From: Heptranchias perlo | Lineage: Eukaryota | Assembly (NCBI RefSeq): GCF_035084215.1 | Contig: NW_027139559.1 | Location: 7,378,001 to 7,442,000, forward strand | Length of the DNA stretch: 64,000 nucleotides | Direction of reading: 5' to 3' | Shown here: positions 1-12,494 of the stretch, piece after piece | How the letters are laid out: each line of letters opens with the position of its first letter | Position numbering within the stretch: the first letter of the stretch is position 1 | Notes under the pieces: model-generated | Database searches by the model: none | What the model saw: the letters and a program-made list of their open reading frames with translations, nothing else | Told to the model about the DNA's origin: nothing | Translations under genes and position numbers: made by a program

Positions 1-199
1 TTATTTCTCTCCCTCGCCTTAAAGTGTAACAGATAGTAACTGTAGTTCAATGCAAAGTGAAATGTTTTGAATTCACATTCAGTTATAGTGGAAGGTATGC
101 TGCCAAACGGAAGTAGGTACCTGCCGACAGATATCGAAGTCCCAGATTAACACTGATAGAGGGTAACTTACAAGTGTTGTATTGCACTGTATTTCTAGG

Positions 200-3100
200 A
201 AATTAAATGAACAGCATCATGTGGGAGTTTGTGGAGACCAGAGAGATCCCAGGCAATCACATCTATGGTAAGTGTCTACAGTTCAAGGAACTTCGGCTTG
301 GAGATGTTGAGCTGGAGTCCGAGCTGCAGACACTGCAATGTATCAGGGATGGGTGTTAACTGGACAATTTGATCCAGGAGGCACTCACACCCCTTAGATT
401 AGGTAATAGTTTAGATTCATCCAGTATTCAGGGACAGGAAGGTGTGACTGCGAGCCAGGCGGGTATGGGGACCCAGGATCTAGTGAATGACGAGCCACAG
501 CCCTTGAGCTCATCTAACAAGTACGAGGTTCTTGCAACCTGTATGGATGAGAGCAAAGACTGCAAGGAGGATGTGCAAACTGACCACATTACTGTAGTAC
601 AGGAGGAGTCGGGAGAGTAAAAGGAAATATGGTAGTGGTCGGGGATACTTTATTCAAGGGGATAGACACTGTTCTCTGCAGCCGCAACCGAGATTCCCGT
701 ACGCTGTGTTGCCTGCCCTGTGCCAAGGTTAAGGATATCTGCTCTCGGCTGGAGAAGAACTTGGGGCATGTGGGGGTGGATTCAGTAATCGGGGAACATG
801 TCGGAACCAACGACATAGGTTGAACTAAGAAGGAGGCTCTGCTGAAACAGTTTGAGGAGCTCGGGTCTCAATTAACAAGCAGAATCTCAAGGGTAATAAT
901 CCCTGCATTACTACCTGAGCCACGCGCAAATTGACATAGGGACAAACAGATCAAAGACTTAAATGCGTGGCTCAAAGATTGGTGTGGGACACAGGTGTTT
1001 CGATTCATGGGACACTGGCACCAGTACTGGGGAAAGAGTGAGATGTTCCATCTGGACGGTCTCCACTTAAACCGGGCTGGGACAAGTGTCCTGGTGAGTT
1101 CAATAACTAGGGCTTTTGATAAGGCTTTAAACTAAAAAGGAGGGGTCAGGTGAGGGGAAATTTGGAAATGTAATGAAAGTCAAGGCAACACAGCAGTGTA
1201 GTGATTTGGGTAAAGATGAACAGAGTGTGGAAGGAAAGGACAGAGAGTTTAACGCTAATAGTGCATCAGCAAATAAGGTCAAAGCAGAGAAAATGATAAA
1301 TGGAGATAAATGGCTTTGACCTAATTGCCATTAGAGAGGCATCGTTGCAAGGTGACTAAGATTGGCAATTAAATATCCCAGGGAACTTGACGTTCCAAAA
1401 AGACAGGCAGCGTTGAAAATGAAGGGATGCAGCCCTGATGATAAAGGATGCCATAAGGACACTGGAGAGAAAGGATCGTGGCTCAGAAGAACAGGAAATA
1501 GAATCAGTCCGGGTAGAAATAAGAACGAACAACGAGCTGAAAACACTGATGAGAGTAGTTTGTAGGCCTCCTAATAGTAGCTATACCGTTGGACAAAGTA
1601 TTTTTAAAGATATAATACGTGCTTGTCGCAACGATAATGCAATAATCTTGGGGGACTTTAATCTAAATATAAACTCGACAAATCAAATTGGCAAATGTAG
1701 TCTGGAGGACGAGTTCATGGAATGCATTCGAGAGAGTTTCCTAGAACAATCCGTCTTGGAACCAACCAGGTAACAGGCTATTTTCGACCTTATACTGTGT
1801 AATGAGACAGGATTAATTAGTAATCTCACAGCAAAGGATCCCCAGATGATGAGTGATGAAAATATGCAAGAATTTCACATTGAGTTCAGATTGACGTACT
1901 TTAGTCAGAAACTAGAGTATTAAACTTAAATAAAGCCAATTACATGGCTATGGGGGCGAGTTGGCAAAGGTCGACTGGGAAATTAGATTAAAGGGAATGA
2001 CGGTAGATAAACAATGGCAAACATTGAAAGAAGTATTTAAACATTATCAACGAATGTACTTTCCACTGAGAAATCAAAACTCCACGGGAAAAGTGATTTA
2101 TCTGTGGCTAACTAAAGAAGATCAGGATAGTATTAAATTAAAATAATAGACCGTTAATAGTGCCAAGAAGAGGAGTAAGCCTGAGGATTGGGAAAGTTTC
2201 AGAAACCAAATAAATGATATAAAGGGAGAAAATAGGATATGAAATTAAAGTAGCAAAAAATATGAAAGCTTCTACAAGTGTCTAAAATGATAGAGAGTTG
2301 CAAAAGTAAACATTGGTCCCATTAGAGGCTGAGACAGAAAAAAATATATAATTGGGAATAAGGAAATGGCAGAGGCGATAAACAAATATTTTCTATCTGC
2401 CTTCACAATAGAAGACACACAACATACCAAGAATAGTGGGGAACCAAGTGTCTAATGAGAATGAGGAACTTAAGGTAATTAACATCAGTGGAGAAAATGT
2501 ACCGGAGAAACGAATGGGATCAAAAGCCAATAAATTCCCTCGACCTGATGGCGTCCATTCCAGCGTTCTACAAGAGGTAGCTTCAGAGATAGTGGGTGCA
2601 TTGGTTGCCATCTTCAAAAAGTCCCCAGATTCTAGAACGATCCCAACGGATTGGAAGGCTGCAAATGTATCCCCGCTATTCAAGAAAGGAGGGAGAGAGA
2701 AAACAAGGAACTTCAGACCAGTGAGCCTGACATCAATCGTCGGGAAAATGCTGGATTCCATTATTAAGGAAGTGGCAACAGGGCACTTCGAAAGTCATAA
2801 TATTATTAGGCAGAGTCAATACGGTTTTATGAAAGTGAAATTGTATTTGAAAAAAAATATTTGAGTTTTTTTCAGGATGTAACTAGCAGGGCAGATAGAG
2901 GGCGAACAATGGAAGTAGTATATTTGGATTTTCAAAAGGCATTCGATAAGGTTCCATCTCAAAAGTTCTTACACAAGATAAGGGCTCATGGGTTGGGGGT
3001 AATATATTAGCATGGAGAGAGGATTGGTTAACAGACAGAAAGCAGAGAGTAGGGATAAACGGGTCATTTTCAGGTTGGCAGTCTGTAACTAGCGGGGTGC

Positions 3101-4050
3101 TGCAAGGATCTGTGCTTGGGCCTCAGCTGTTTACAATCTATATTAGTAACTTAGAAGAAGGGAACGAGCGTAATGTATCCAAGTTTGCTGATCATGCAAA
3201 ACTAGGTCGGAAAGTAAGCTGTGAGGAGGACTCAAAGAGTCTGCAAAGGGATATATGCAGGTTTAGTAAGTGGGCCAAAAGGTGGCAGATGGAGTATAAT
3301 GACGGAAAATGTGAAGTTACTTACTTTGCTAACATAGAATAGTTTTTAAATGATGAGAATTTATTAAATGTTGGTATTCAGAGAGATTTGTGTGTCCTCG
3401 TACATGAAACGCAAAAAAGTTAGCATGTTGGTACAGCAAGCAATTTGGAAGGAAAATTGCATGTTGGCCTTTAATGCAAGGTGGTTGGAGTAAAAGGCGA
3501 AGGAAGTCTTACTACAATTGTACAGGGCTTTAGTGAGACCTCAACTGCAGCAATGTGTACAGTTTTGGTCTCCTTATCGAAGGAAGGAAACACTTGCCTT
3601 AGAGGCGGTGCCAAAAAGGTTCACTAGATTGATTCCTGGGATGAGAGGGCTGTCCTCTTAGGAGAGATTGGGTTGAATGCTGATCTAATTGAAACAGATA
3701 AGATTCTCAGGGCGCTTGACAGGGTAGATGCTTGGAGGTTGTTTCCCCTCGCTGGAGAGCCGAGAACTATGGGGCATTGTCTTAAATATAATTTAGGACA
3801 GAGTTGGGGAGGAATTTCTTCACTCAGAGGGTTGTGAATCTTTGGAATTCTCTACCCCAGTGGGCTGTGGAAGCTGCCTCGTGGAATATATTCAAGGCTG
3901 AGATCGATAGATTTCTGGATTCCCGGGGAATCAAAGGATATGGGGATGGGGCAGGAAAGTGGAGTTTAGGTCGAAGATTAGCCATGATCTTATTGAATAG
4001 TGGAGCAGGCTCAAGGGGTTGCAAGGCCTACTCGTGCGCCTATTTCTTAC
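200..4050 (+). mobile_element. Near full-length degenerate CR1-clade LINE (ORF1 zinc-finger/coiled-coil plus SGNH esterase; ORF2 APE endonuclease plus reverse transcriptase; 3' UTR)
   Basis: ORF fragments VVVGDTLFKGIDTVLC...VGTNDIG (esterase), RPPNS...ILGDFN (APE), DWKAANVSPLFKKGGREKTRNFRPVSLTSIVGK and [10 protein letters not shown]...KFAD (RT), FFTQRVVNLWNSLP (C-terminus). Many stops and frameshifts; ends in cttatgttct. Confidence 0.93.
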
Positions 4051-4289
4051 GTTCTTATGTTCTAACTTTGTAGTAGGTAGGTCGCTGTTAACACGATTGG
4101 TTCTCAAGGATTTGGTGAAACCAGTGTGGTGATGTAATATATTCCGAGCTGCATTCGTGCACAAAAAACAGTTATGGCCTATGGCCGCAAATGATTATAA
4201 TTGTGCAGTCAGTTATAAAACACATTAAAACGTTAATATTCGGGACATTGGACCAGCAGTGAACCGTGAGACACTTAGCCAATTTCGTA

Positions 4290-4600
4290 TCTACCACCCT
4301 TTGAACCCCGTGGTCTTCCATTTTGTTAAGAAGTCTATTATGTAATACTTTATTCAACAACTTTTGAAATTCCAAACACAACATCAACCGCACGACCTTC
4401 ATCACCCCTCTCCGTTACTTAATCAAAGAACTCAACCAAGTTAGTAAAACACGATTTTTATTGAACAAATCCGTGCCGGCTGTCATTTATTAACCCCTAT
4501 TTTCCTTGTGCCAATCATTCTTTCCCCGAATTATTGTTTCTTAAATTCTCCCCACCGACGTTAGCCTGACTGGGCTGCAGTTGTTGGATTTATCCCTGGT
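4290..4600 (-). mobile_element. CR1 RT fragment
   Basis: Minus-strand ORF FQKLLNKVLHNRLLNKMEDHG resembles the CR1 DFQKAFDKVPHNRLL motif. Confidence 0.7.
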
Positions 4601-4999
4601 TTACTAAATCATTAAAAACTGCTCAAGTTGTTAAGTGGAGAGGACTCAGTTAGGGTGCACTGAATCTTTCATCCACATCAATCAATCTTTGCACCTCAGG
4701 CAATCCAGGTGGTCATTTGTGTACACATGAAATGTTATGGAGTGCTCGCACTCAGACCTGGGACAATCCATTCCGTTTAATATGCCACCGAAAGTTCAAC
4801 AACTGCAACTCTGTAATTGTGCACATTATAAAGCCATCTTGGTTGGATTGAGTTAGGGTTTCACCTTGTCCACCGCACGAACGTTCTGAGAGTTAATTGG
4901 CTTGGTGATCCGTTCGCTACTCTTCCATCAGGTGACGCTATCCTACCGACAATCCGCTCAAAGAACTTGGAGGTTGAGCAGAGAAGGCTCTTCGGCCGT

Positions 5000-5500
5000 A
5001 AACGCGCTGCAACATTATGGCACATGGAGTTTAATGTGGTCAAGAGTGAGGATATCCACTTTAGACCTAAGAAAGATAAATCGAAGGAGATTCTGAATGG
5101 TGAGCAAAGAGGAAATGTGGAGACGAGCAATTAGATTCGGGAGATCAAGTACACAGATCTTTGAAAGCGAGTGGACAGGTGAAAAAACAATCAAGAAGGC
5201 TAATGGATTGTTCGTCTTCATCTCAAGCGGGCTGGATTACAAAGGGTGGGGGGAAGTATGTGTTCAGTTTTGGGCACTCTTCCTCAGGAATGATATAATG
5301 GACTTGGAGGGGAAACAACGTATATTCACTGGAATGACTCCGGGGCTTAGAGATTTAAATTTCGAGGACAGGTTGCATAAACTTGGCCTGTGTTCCCTTC
5401 AATATAGAAGATTGAGTGTGATCCGCTTGAGGCATTTAGCATGTTAAAATAATTCGACAGGGTAGTTACAGAAAAAAAATATTTCTTCTGTTGGGGGAAT
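5000..5500 (+). mobile_element. CR1 ORF2 3' fragment
   Basis: CVQFWALFLRNDIMDLEGKQRIFTGMTPGLRDLNFEDRLHKLGL. Confidence 0.8.
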
Positions 5501-6329
5501 CAACACGACACATTATGGTCTCAATCAATTTGAGGTAAGTTGAAATCTCCACTTACTATAGTTGGCCCCTCACCAGTTGCCATCCTTATCTCATCCCATA
5601 GTTTTGGATCATGGCTTTCACCCCGATATGGTGCTCTGTGGTATGACCCCAGTAATAGTTTATCTATGTGACCATCTATTAAATCTACCCAAAGTGAGTC
5701 TGTGTCCGCCCTTTCCTTTTATATATCCTCTCTGACTTGTGCTTCAATCCTGGAGTTTATATATATTGCAACACCTTCTCACTCTCTCCTGACACGGTCT
5801 ACTCTAAACAGTTTATAACCTACCAGTTATGTATTCCATTGATTGGAATCTTTCCATCCTGTCTCTGCAATGCTATTCATGTCCAATCTACCAACCGCAG
5901 CAATACCTTTCAGGTCACACATCTTATTTATCAGAGTTCTTCCATCAACACAAGCTCAGCTTTTTTAGCTTTTTCTATATTTTTAGCTTTCCCGTTAGTT
6001 TATCAACAGTTTAACTGTGTTTACCTCCGACTACTGGAATTGGTCATTGAACTTTGATTTGTGTTTTCACTGGTAAACCTAGAAGTTTGCTCCAATCGGG
6101 AGGGATATTTTCTTTCAATTACTGCAAACACTCCCGCATCTAGTTTGAACCTTACCCCATCATTCCAGCTCTCTTACCTCCAGCCCCAACCACCCCCCAA
6201 CCCCGTTGAACAGGTGGAGGCCATACGATTTGTAAAAGCTCCCCCTGTTGCAAAAGGAGTACCACTGTTTGAGGAACCGAAATCCTGAATCGCTGCATCA
6301 GAGCCCTCGCCACGCGTTGGTGCCTAATT

Positions 6330-6580
6330 ATCCTCAGTCTCTCTTCACTAGCAAGTGGCTCATATTTGCCGAAGTGCTCAGTCACTCTGTCCCTAATAAC
6401 AGAGTCCAGTAATTTTCCCACAACGGACTTTAGACCGACAGGCATTTTGCTACATGATTTCTCTCTCCTGCCCTTATTAAATAATGGAGAGTTTATTGTA
6501 ATTTTCCAATCCAACGACACAATTCCAGAATCATGAGATTTTAGAAGACTATTTATTAACGCAGCTGCAATTTCCTCAAC
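6330..6580 (-). mobile_element. CR1 RT fragment
   Basis: DWKITINSPLFNKGRREK...PVGLKSVVGKLLDSVIRDRV. Confidence 0.8.
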
Positions 6581-6707
6581 TAGGCCATGGAGACAAATTC
6601 TTCATAACGCTCATTTGTCGGAGTGATGTTACAGATGCATTCAAATCAGTATGACGTTCCCAGCGAGGCTTTCTGAAGCTGAATCTCGGCAGGTACTTTG
6701 TTTCCCT

Positions 6708-6885
6708 TGGTTGAACTGCAGCCTCTATTATCTCTTGCACTGGTCTATGCTGCGATCTGATGGTCCGAGTGAACTGCAGTCTCCATATTCACTTGCACTG
6801 GTCTATACTGTGATCCGGGGACCAGCGGGTTGAACTGCAGTCTCTATTTTCACTTGCTCTGGTCTATTCTGCGATCTCGGGATCG
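6708..6885. repeat. ~60-bp tandem repeat, 3 copies
   Basis: tgaactgcag...ttgcactggtctat...gatc recurs at about 6712, 6770 and 6831. Confidence 0.8.
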
Positions 6886-7832
6886 CTGCCATCACCTCCA
6901 CCTGAGGGCGGGATTGTGCCCCTTGTTGCATCCTGTAATTTGGAAGGTACATTTGATTTTTGGGACAATAGAGCAAGATAAAGTTGTCTGTTGCTGCTCA
7001 TTTCTCACCTTTTGCCCCTTGTGGTCATTGTTGGAGTTTCCCCAGATGGTGTTGGCCTGTTGAAGTTGCCTTTGAGAAGACATGGGTTTTGCAGTGAGGG
7101 AAAGTCTGTTGACCATGTGACCGGTTCACCTGGGGGTTTGAAAAACGAAAGTGCCGCATCTTGGTCGAGTTCAAACTTAACAAGTCCCCTTGTATGGTGG
7201 TGTTTGACAGCAGAATTATGCTGCAATTTTTTTCACAACCTTTGAGAATAAAATCTGACAACTCCGACCATTTCCTATCACCACCTGGTCCACTCACTCC
7301 TCCTGCTCACGGATCCAAACCCAGACAGTTGAGCTCACCCTTAATGGTCCCCATTTTGTATTGACCTCATTTCGGGCTGGCTTCATTTTCATTGCTCCGC
7401 ACTGATCAATTATCTCCCAATTTATAGTTCACTATTTATTACTTATCAGCAAAATATATGTTTACGTTTTCTTTCCATTATGTGATTTGATCTTCCGAAT
7501 TACTGCTCATTGTAATCATTAATAACATATGACCTCGCTTTGTTTTTGCTGATTTTAATCAATGGCCATAAACTTCCTGGGTGCTGCGCTGGCTTTACAT
7601 TGCTCCTCTGGCGAAGTTACGGCGTCAGAGCGGGAGCAGTTCCGAGTAAATTCTCAGAGAATGTCTTTGACTCATTTCTTCCTCTTTACTCGGAATATTT
7701 ATTTGTCATTATTTAATCAGCAATCTCACATACTCTCATAAGCTGTATGTTTCACACAAAATACTGTGGAACTCACTCCTTTGCTGTAACCTGATGCGTG
7801 ATTCACTGTTTTTGTTTCTTTCCCTTTTACAG

Positions 7833-8764
7833 CTAACGTGATGACGATTGTAATCCTGTCTCGGGGAAAGTGCGGTCTCTCGAAATGTGTCACTCGCTAC
7901 CTGGTGGCCATGGCAGCGGCGGATCTATTGGTCATTATCAATGACGTGGTACTGTTTCGGATCAAGGAGTTATATTTCCCGACTAGCTTCCTGTTCCTCA
8001 CCCCAGTATGCTCTTACCAAATTACCCTTAACCATGCTGTCTCAGACATCTCTGTCTGGTTAACAGTCGCTTTCACTTTTGATCGTTTTATAACCATTTG
8101 TTGCCAGAAGCTGAGGACTAAATATTGCACGGAGAAAACTGCAGCCGCGGTTATAGGAACGTTGTGTCCGCTGTTCTGTTTAAAAAACATCCCCTGGTAC
8201 TTTGCATTTGAACCCTCCATTACATTGGACAACGTAGCTTGGGGCTATCGTGTAAAACCAGACTGTTATACTTCAGCTGCATGGGTAGCATTTACATGGA
8301 TTCACCGCTGTTTGACTCCACTGCTCCCAATATTCCTGATATTGCTGCTCAATTCTGTTACTGTCGGAAACATTTTGGCGGCCAGTAGAGTCCGCAGGAG
8401 GCTTCGGGCCAGCAAGAGTGATGCGAATCACAATGATCCGGAGATGGAGAACCGAAGAAAATCCATCATCTTACTGTTTGCGATATCCGGCAATTTCATA
8501 CTGCTATGGATGACGTATATTTTATTTTTCCTATCAGTGCGAATTACAAACCGTTATTATTCCACAGGTTTCAATGACACGATGTTTATCGCAGATCAAA
8601 CCAGCTACATGCTCCTGCTGTTGAGCTGCTGCACAAACACGTGTATTTATGCAGCGACCCAGTATAAATTCAGAGAGGAGCTGAAGAATGGGGTGAAATA
8701 TCCTCTCAAATTAATATTTAAATTAGTTAAACGAGGACAAGAGCGGCAGAATTCCCAGCATTAG
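7833..8764 (+). CDS. Main coding exon of a class A orphan GPCR, GPR139/GPR142-like family; N-terminal exon not found in window
   Basis: Open frame of ~310 codons after a strong acceptor (tttcccttttacAG, 7831-7832; phase 1, giving ...A-N-V-M-T). Motifs AMAAADLLVII (TM2), TPVC, SVWLTVAFTFDRF (TM3/DRF), LTPLLPIFLILLLN (TM5), DPEMENRRKSIILL (ICL3/TM6), SCCTNTCIY (TM7), KFREELK (helix 8). Confidence 0.9.
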
Positions 8765-8894
8765 AACTGTATTCCGTCTCATATCCCATCCTGTGCTCCT
8801 CGATTGGTTTAGCGGATCCCAACAGGCGGGCTCTGATTCCCGACGTTTCCCAAACACAACACTGGGAAATATGTGACAAAGACCGCATGTTCTA

Positions 8895-9270
8895 TACATA
8901 GGAACATAGGAACAGGAGGAGGTCATTCAGTCCCTCCAGCCTGTTCCGGCATTCAATGAGATCAGGGCTGATCTGTATCCTAACTCCATTTACCCGCCTT
9001 GGCTCTATAACCCTTAATATCCTTTGTGGCTAAAATCTATCGATCTCAGGTTTAAAGTTATTAATTAAGCGAAAAACTATTGATTTTAGTGCGAGATATT
9101 TCCACACTTGGACCACCCCTTTCCTAACTGCTCTACTGAATGACCTGACTCTGATTCTAAGGTTATGCCCCCTTGTCATAGATTCCTACAGCAGCGAAAA
9201 ATGTTTCTCTCGATCTACTGCATGAATTCCTTTCAAAATCCGAAAACAAAACAATCAAATCACCACTTAA
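8895..9270 (-). mobile_element. CR1 3' end
   Basis: Plus strand reads acataggaacataggaacaggaggaggtcattcag..., the reverse complement of a CR1 3' tail with its terminal microsatellite (compare 14950-14975). Confidence 0.85.
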
Positions 9271-9395
9271 CCTTCTGCGCCTGCGTGAGAGCTCAAAGAG
9301 GATCTGCCAACATATCGCCTGTGCGAGAGTCCCAGTTCCCCCTCCCTATATAAACGCTCTGATGTTGCTTTACTCTGTATGCACAACCTCCCTTA

Positions 9396-10559
9396 GACTC
9401 ATTATCGTTTTATTTCTTAAATGCTCCTAACAACGCTTGCTGCGTTCCTTGAAGTTGATCACATATTTTTGTCTCCAACCAAACCTTTTGAATTATGTTC
9501 TTTTGATAACTCGCATTTTGTTCCTTTTTGTTACCCAGTAACATTGATAACGTATCCGCTTTTTAACATGTTATTAGCTCAGACCTCTCTGTTTATTCAT
9601 GGATCTCTTGGTTTGCAAAACCCAATTGTTTCATATTGGGAGAATGTTTAAGTTGCACCTCACTCATGTCTTATTGAACCTTTACCAATCTGTGTTCACA
9701 TTTATCTCCTGAAAATGCCACCGCAGAGTTTATAACCATTTATTTAATCTTATTTTGTCACAACCTCCCTGATTATTCCTGGAATCTCTGTCAGTGATGT
9801 GAACCATTCAGCCTTTAACCTGTTCTTTATCCATTTGGTATTTAGCCGGACCCACAGCTGGACCCGTTCAATTTGCTTTCATTCCAGCCGATGAAAAGGG
9901 GCCAGTTCCACTATCAAGCGGGTCATTTCCTGTTAAGCATCATTATCTTCAAAACCCCCTTTCTTTGCAAAGAATGATGGGATCATTGGGTGTTACAGGA
10001 TAATTTAACCAGCCAATCTCCGCCGGTGTGTTTCCCGCTTGATAGTGGAACTGGCCCCATTTAATCGGCTGGAATGAAAGCAAATTGAACGGGTCCAGCT
10101 GTGTGGCCGGCTAAATACCGGATTGATAAAGAACAGGGTAAAGGCTGAATGAGTCACATCACTGACAGAGATTCCAGGGATAATCAGGGAGGTTGTAACA
10201 AAATAAGATTAAATAAATGGTTATAAACTCTGCGGTGGCATTTTCAGGAGATAAATGTGAACACAGATTGGTATAGGTTCAATAAGACATGAGTGAGGTT
10301 CAACTTAAACATTCTCCCAATAGGAAACAATTGAGTTTTGCAAACCAAGAGATGCGTGAATAAACAGAGAGGTCTGAGCTAATAACATGTTAAAAAGGGG
10401 ATACTTAATCAATGTTACTGGGTGACAAAATGGAACAAAATGCGAGTGATGAAAAGAACAGAATTCAAAAGGTTTGGTTGGAGAAAAAATATGTGATCAA
10501 CTTAAAGGAACGCAGCAAGCGTTGTTAGGAGCATTTAAGAAATAAAACGATAATGAGTC
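9396..10559. repeat. Long inverted repeat (foldback): arms 9396-9922 and 10034-10559, 111-bp spacer
   Basis: gactcattatcgttttatttcttaaatgctcc... is the reverse complement of ...ggagcatttaagaaataaaacgataatgagtc. Inner ends ...ttccactatcaagcggg / cccgcttgatagtggaa... Only scattered mismatches. Confidence 0.97.
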
Positions 10560-10617
10560 CGCTGTCTATTGTCGTCCTGTTCTCCCGTTCGCTCCTTTTA
10601 ACATTTATTCCATTAAA

Positions 10618-10733
10618 TTGTCAGCCTTGGCTCAGCGGTTGAATTCTCGATTCTGAGCCAGACGGTTATTGTGTCAAACCGCAATCCAGAGATTCGAGCA
10701 GATAATCGAGGCTGATACTTCAGTGCAGTACTG
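10618..10733 (+). mobile_element. tRNA-derived SINE head fragment
   Basis: A-box-like TGGCTCAGCGG and B-box-like GTGTCAAACC, followed by ...gctgatacttcagtgcagtactg; similar to the head of the SINE at 44885-45330. Confidence 0.65.
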
Positions 10734-10734
10734 C

Positions 10735-12420
10735 CTACAATGCTGCCTATCTTTTCGCCATCGGCAAATTTGGATATGTGGCTCTGTATCCCGTCATTTA
10801 AATCCTTAACAAATGATCCCTGTGGGACACCATTAACCATATCGTGCCAATTTGAGCACCTGCATATTATCCTTACTCTCTGTCTGCTGCCGCTCACCCA
10901 ATTTTGTAACCAGGTCAATAAATTGCGCTCAATTTCATGAGCTCCAACTTTAGCTAACAGTCTCTTATAATGGACTTTATCCAATGCCTTCTGGAAGTTC
11001 ATATTAACAACATCCATAGACAGTCAACTGTCCATCACTTTAGTCACCTCTTGAAAAAAATCAGATTTGTCAGGCGTGACTTACCCGTTACTAATCGATA
11101 CTGTGTCTCTCTGATCAGCTGAAATGTTTTAACGTGTTCAGTTGCTCTATCCTTAAATATAGAGTATTGTAATTTCACGACAAGAAACATTAGGCTAACT
11201 GGTGTATAATTCCCCGGTTTCCATCTCTCACCTTCCATAAATAGCGGAATAACATGTGCGATTTTCCAATCAAGAACTTCGGAAGATTATAGTTAGGGCA
11301 TCTGCAATGTTCTCACCGACTTCATTTAAACCCTCAGATGGAAATCTTTTGGTCCTGGCGATTTTTCACTCTTTCGTGTCATTATTTTCTTCATTGCTGT
11401 TAATTTGCTCGTCCCCGTCCCTGATGCAAAATTAATTTCCTTGGGGTGCTCTCCTCTTCCTCCACTGTAAATGGTGACGCAAAGTAATGGTTTAACATCA
11501 CGTCATTTCTTTATTTTCAATTACAATGTATCAGTTTTTAAGGGGCCCACATTGCTCTTGTTCACCCTCGTTTTCCTATTATAATTGTAAACATTTTGGC
11601 TGTTGATTTAGATATCCCTTGCAAGATTCTTTTCATGGACCCTTCTTGTGGCTCTTACTATCTGTTTTGTCATCCTCTGCTCTTCTTTGTATCTGTCACA
11701 TTCGCCAGGATCCGTGCTATTTTTTGCTTTTTTGTCTGCTTTTTCTTTTATTTTCATGTTGTCCCTTACCTCTTTTGTCGCCCATGTTTTTTTTGGCAAG
11801 TTGAACTCTCGCCCCTTAAGAGTATAAATTGGTTCAGTATCACGTTAGATGCTTTTTTTTTACACCTCCCACTGATCATCTTTATCTTTACCCATTAACA
11901 GATTTGCTCAGTTTAATTTGGACATTGTCTGTCTCATCTCGTTGAGTTCGGCCTGACCTAGACTTAGAATCTTAGCAGCTGTTACGGGTTTCTCCCTTTC
12001 AAACGCAACGTTGAACTCGATCATATTATGATTGGTATTAGATAAATATTCACGTACGTTTCGGCTGTTAACTAAGTCTGGCTCTTTAATAATTATTACA
12101 GCTGATATGTCCTGTCCCCTTGTTGGTTCCAGGAAATATTAGTAAAGAAAGCTGTTTTGAACACACTGAAGACATTCGCTGCTTTCTGACACGAGCTCGT
12201 CTGCTTATCCCAATCTATATGAAAGTTAAAATCCCCCAATTAAACCAATCTGTCTTTGCAACATGCTTGTCCAATATCCGCATTTTTACATCCATAAATT
12301 CTGCACTGCCTACTCACATCCAGCTATTTAATTGCTTTGATGCTTTGATATGGCGTTGTTAACCTGCATCGATACTTTTAGTGATTTGTGTATCTGTACC
12401 CCCATATCCCTGTGTCACTT
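10735..12420 (-). mobile_element. CR1 ORF2 fragment (APE through RT)
   Basis: DVVNMNFQKALDKVHYKRLLAK...GVPQGS; KPGNYTPVSL; WATKEVRDNMKIKEKA. Confidence 0.9.
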
Positions 12421-12494
12421 CACTGCTGCTATCTGCAGGCCTATAGATCGCTTCAAATACAGTCTTAGCCTCTCTCATTCCTCAGATATAACGG

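Noticed and set aside
200-4050. Active autonomous CR1
   Set aside because: Numerous stops and frameshifts in both ORFs.
1-7830. First coding exon of the GPCR
   Set aside because: No convincing Met-to-TM1 exon with a phase 1 donor found; probably outside the window. The ORF-track start at 7838 is an internal GTG.
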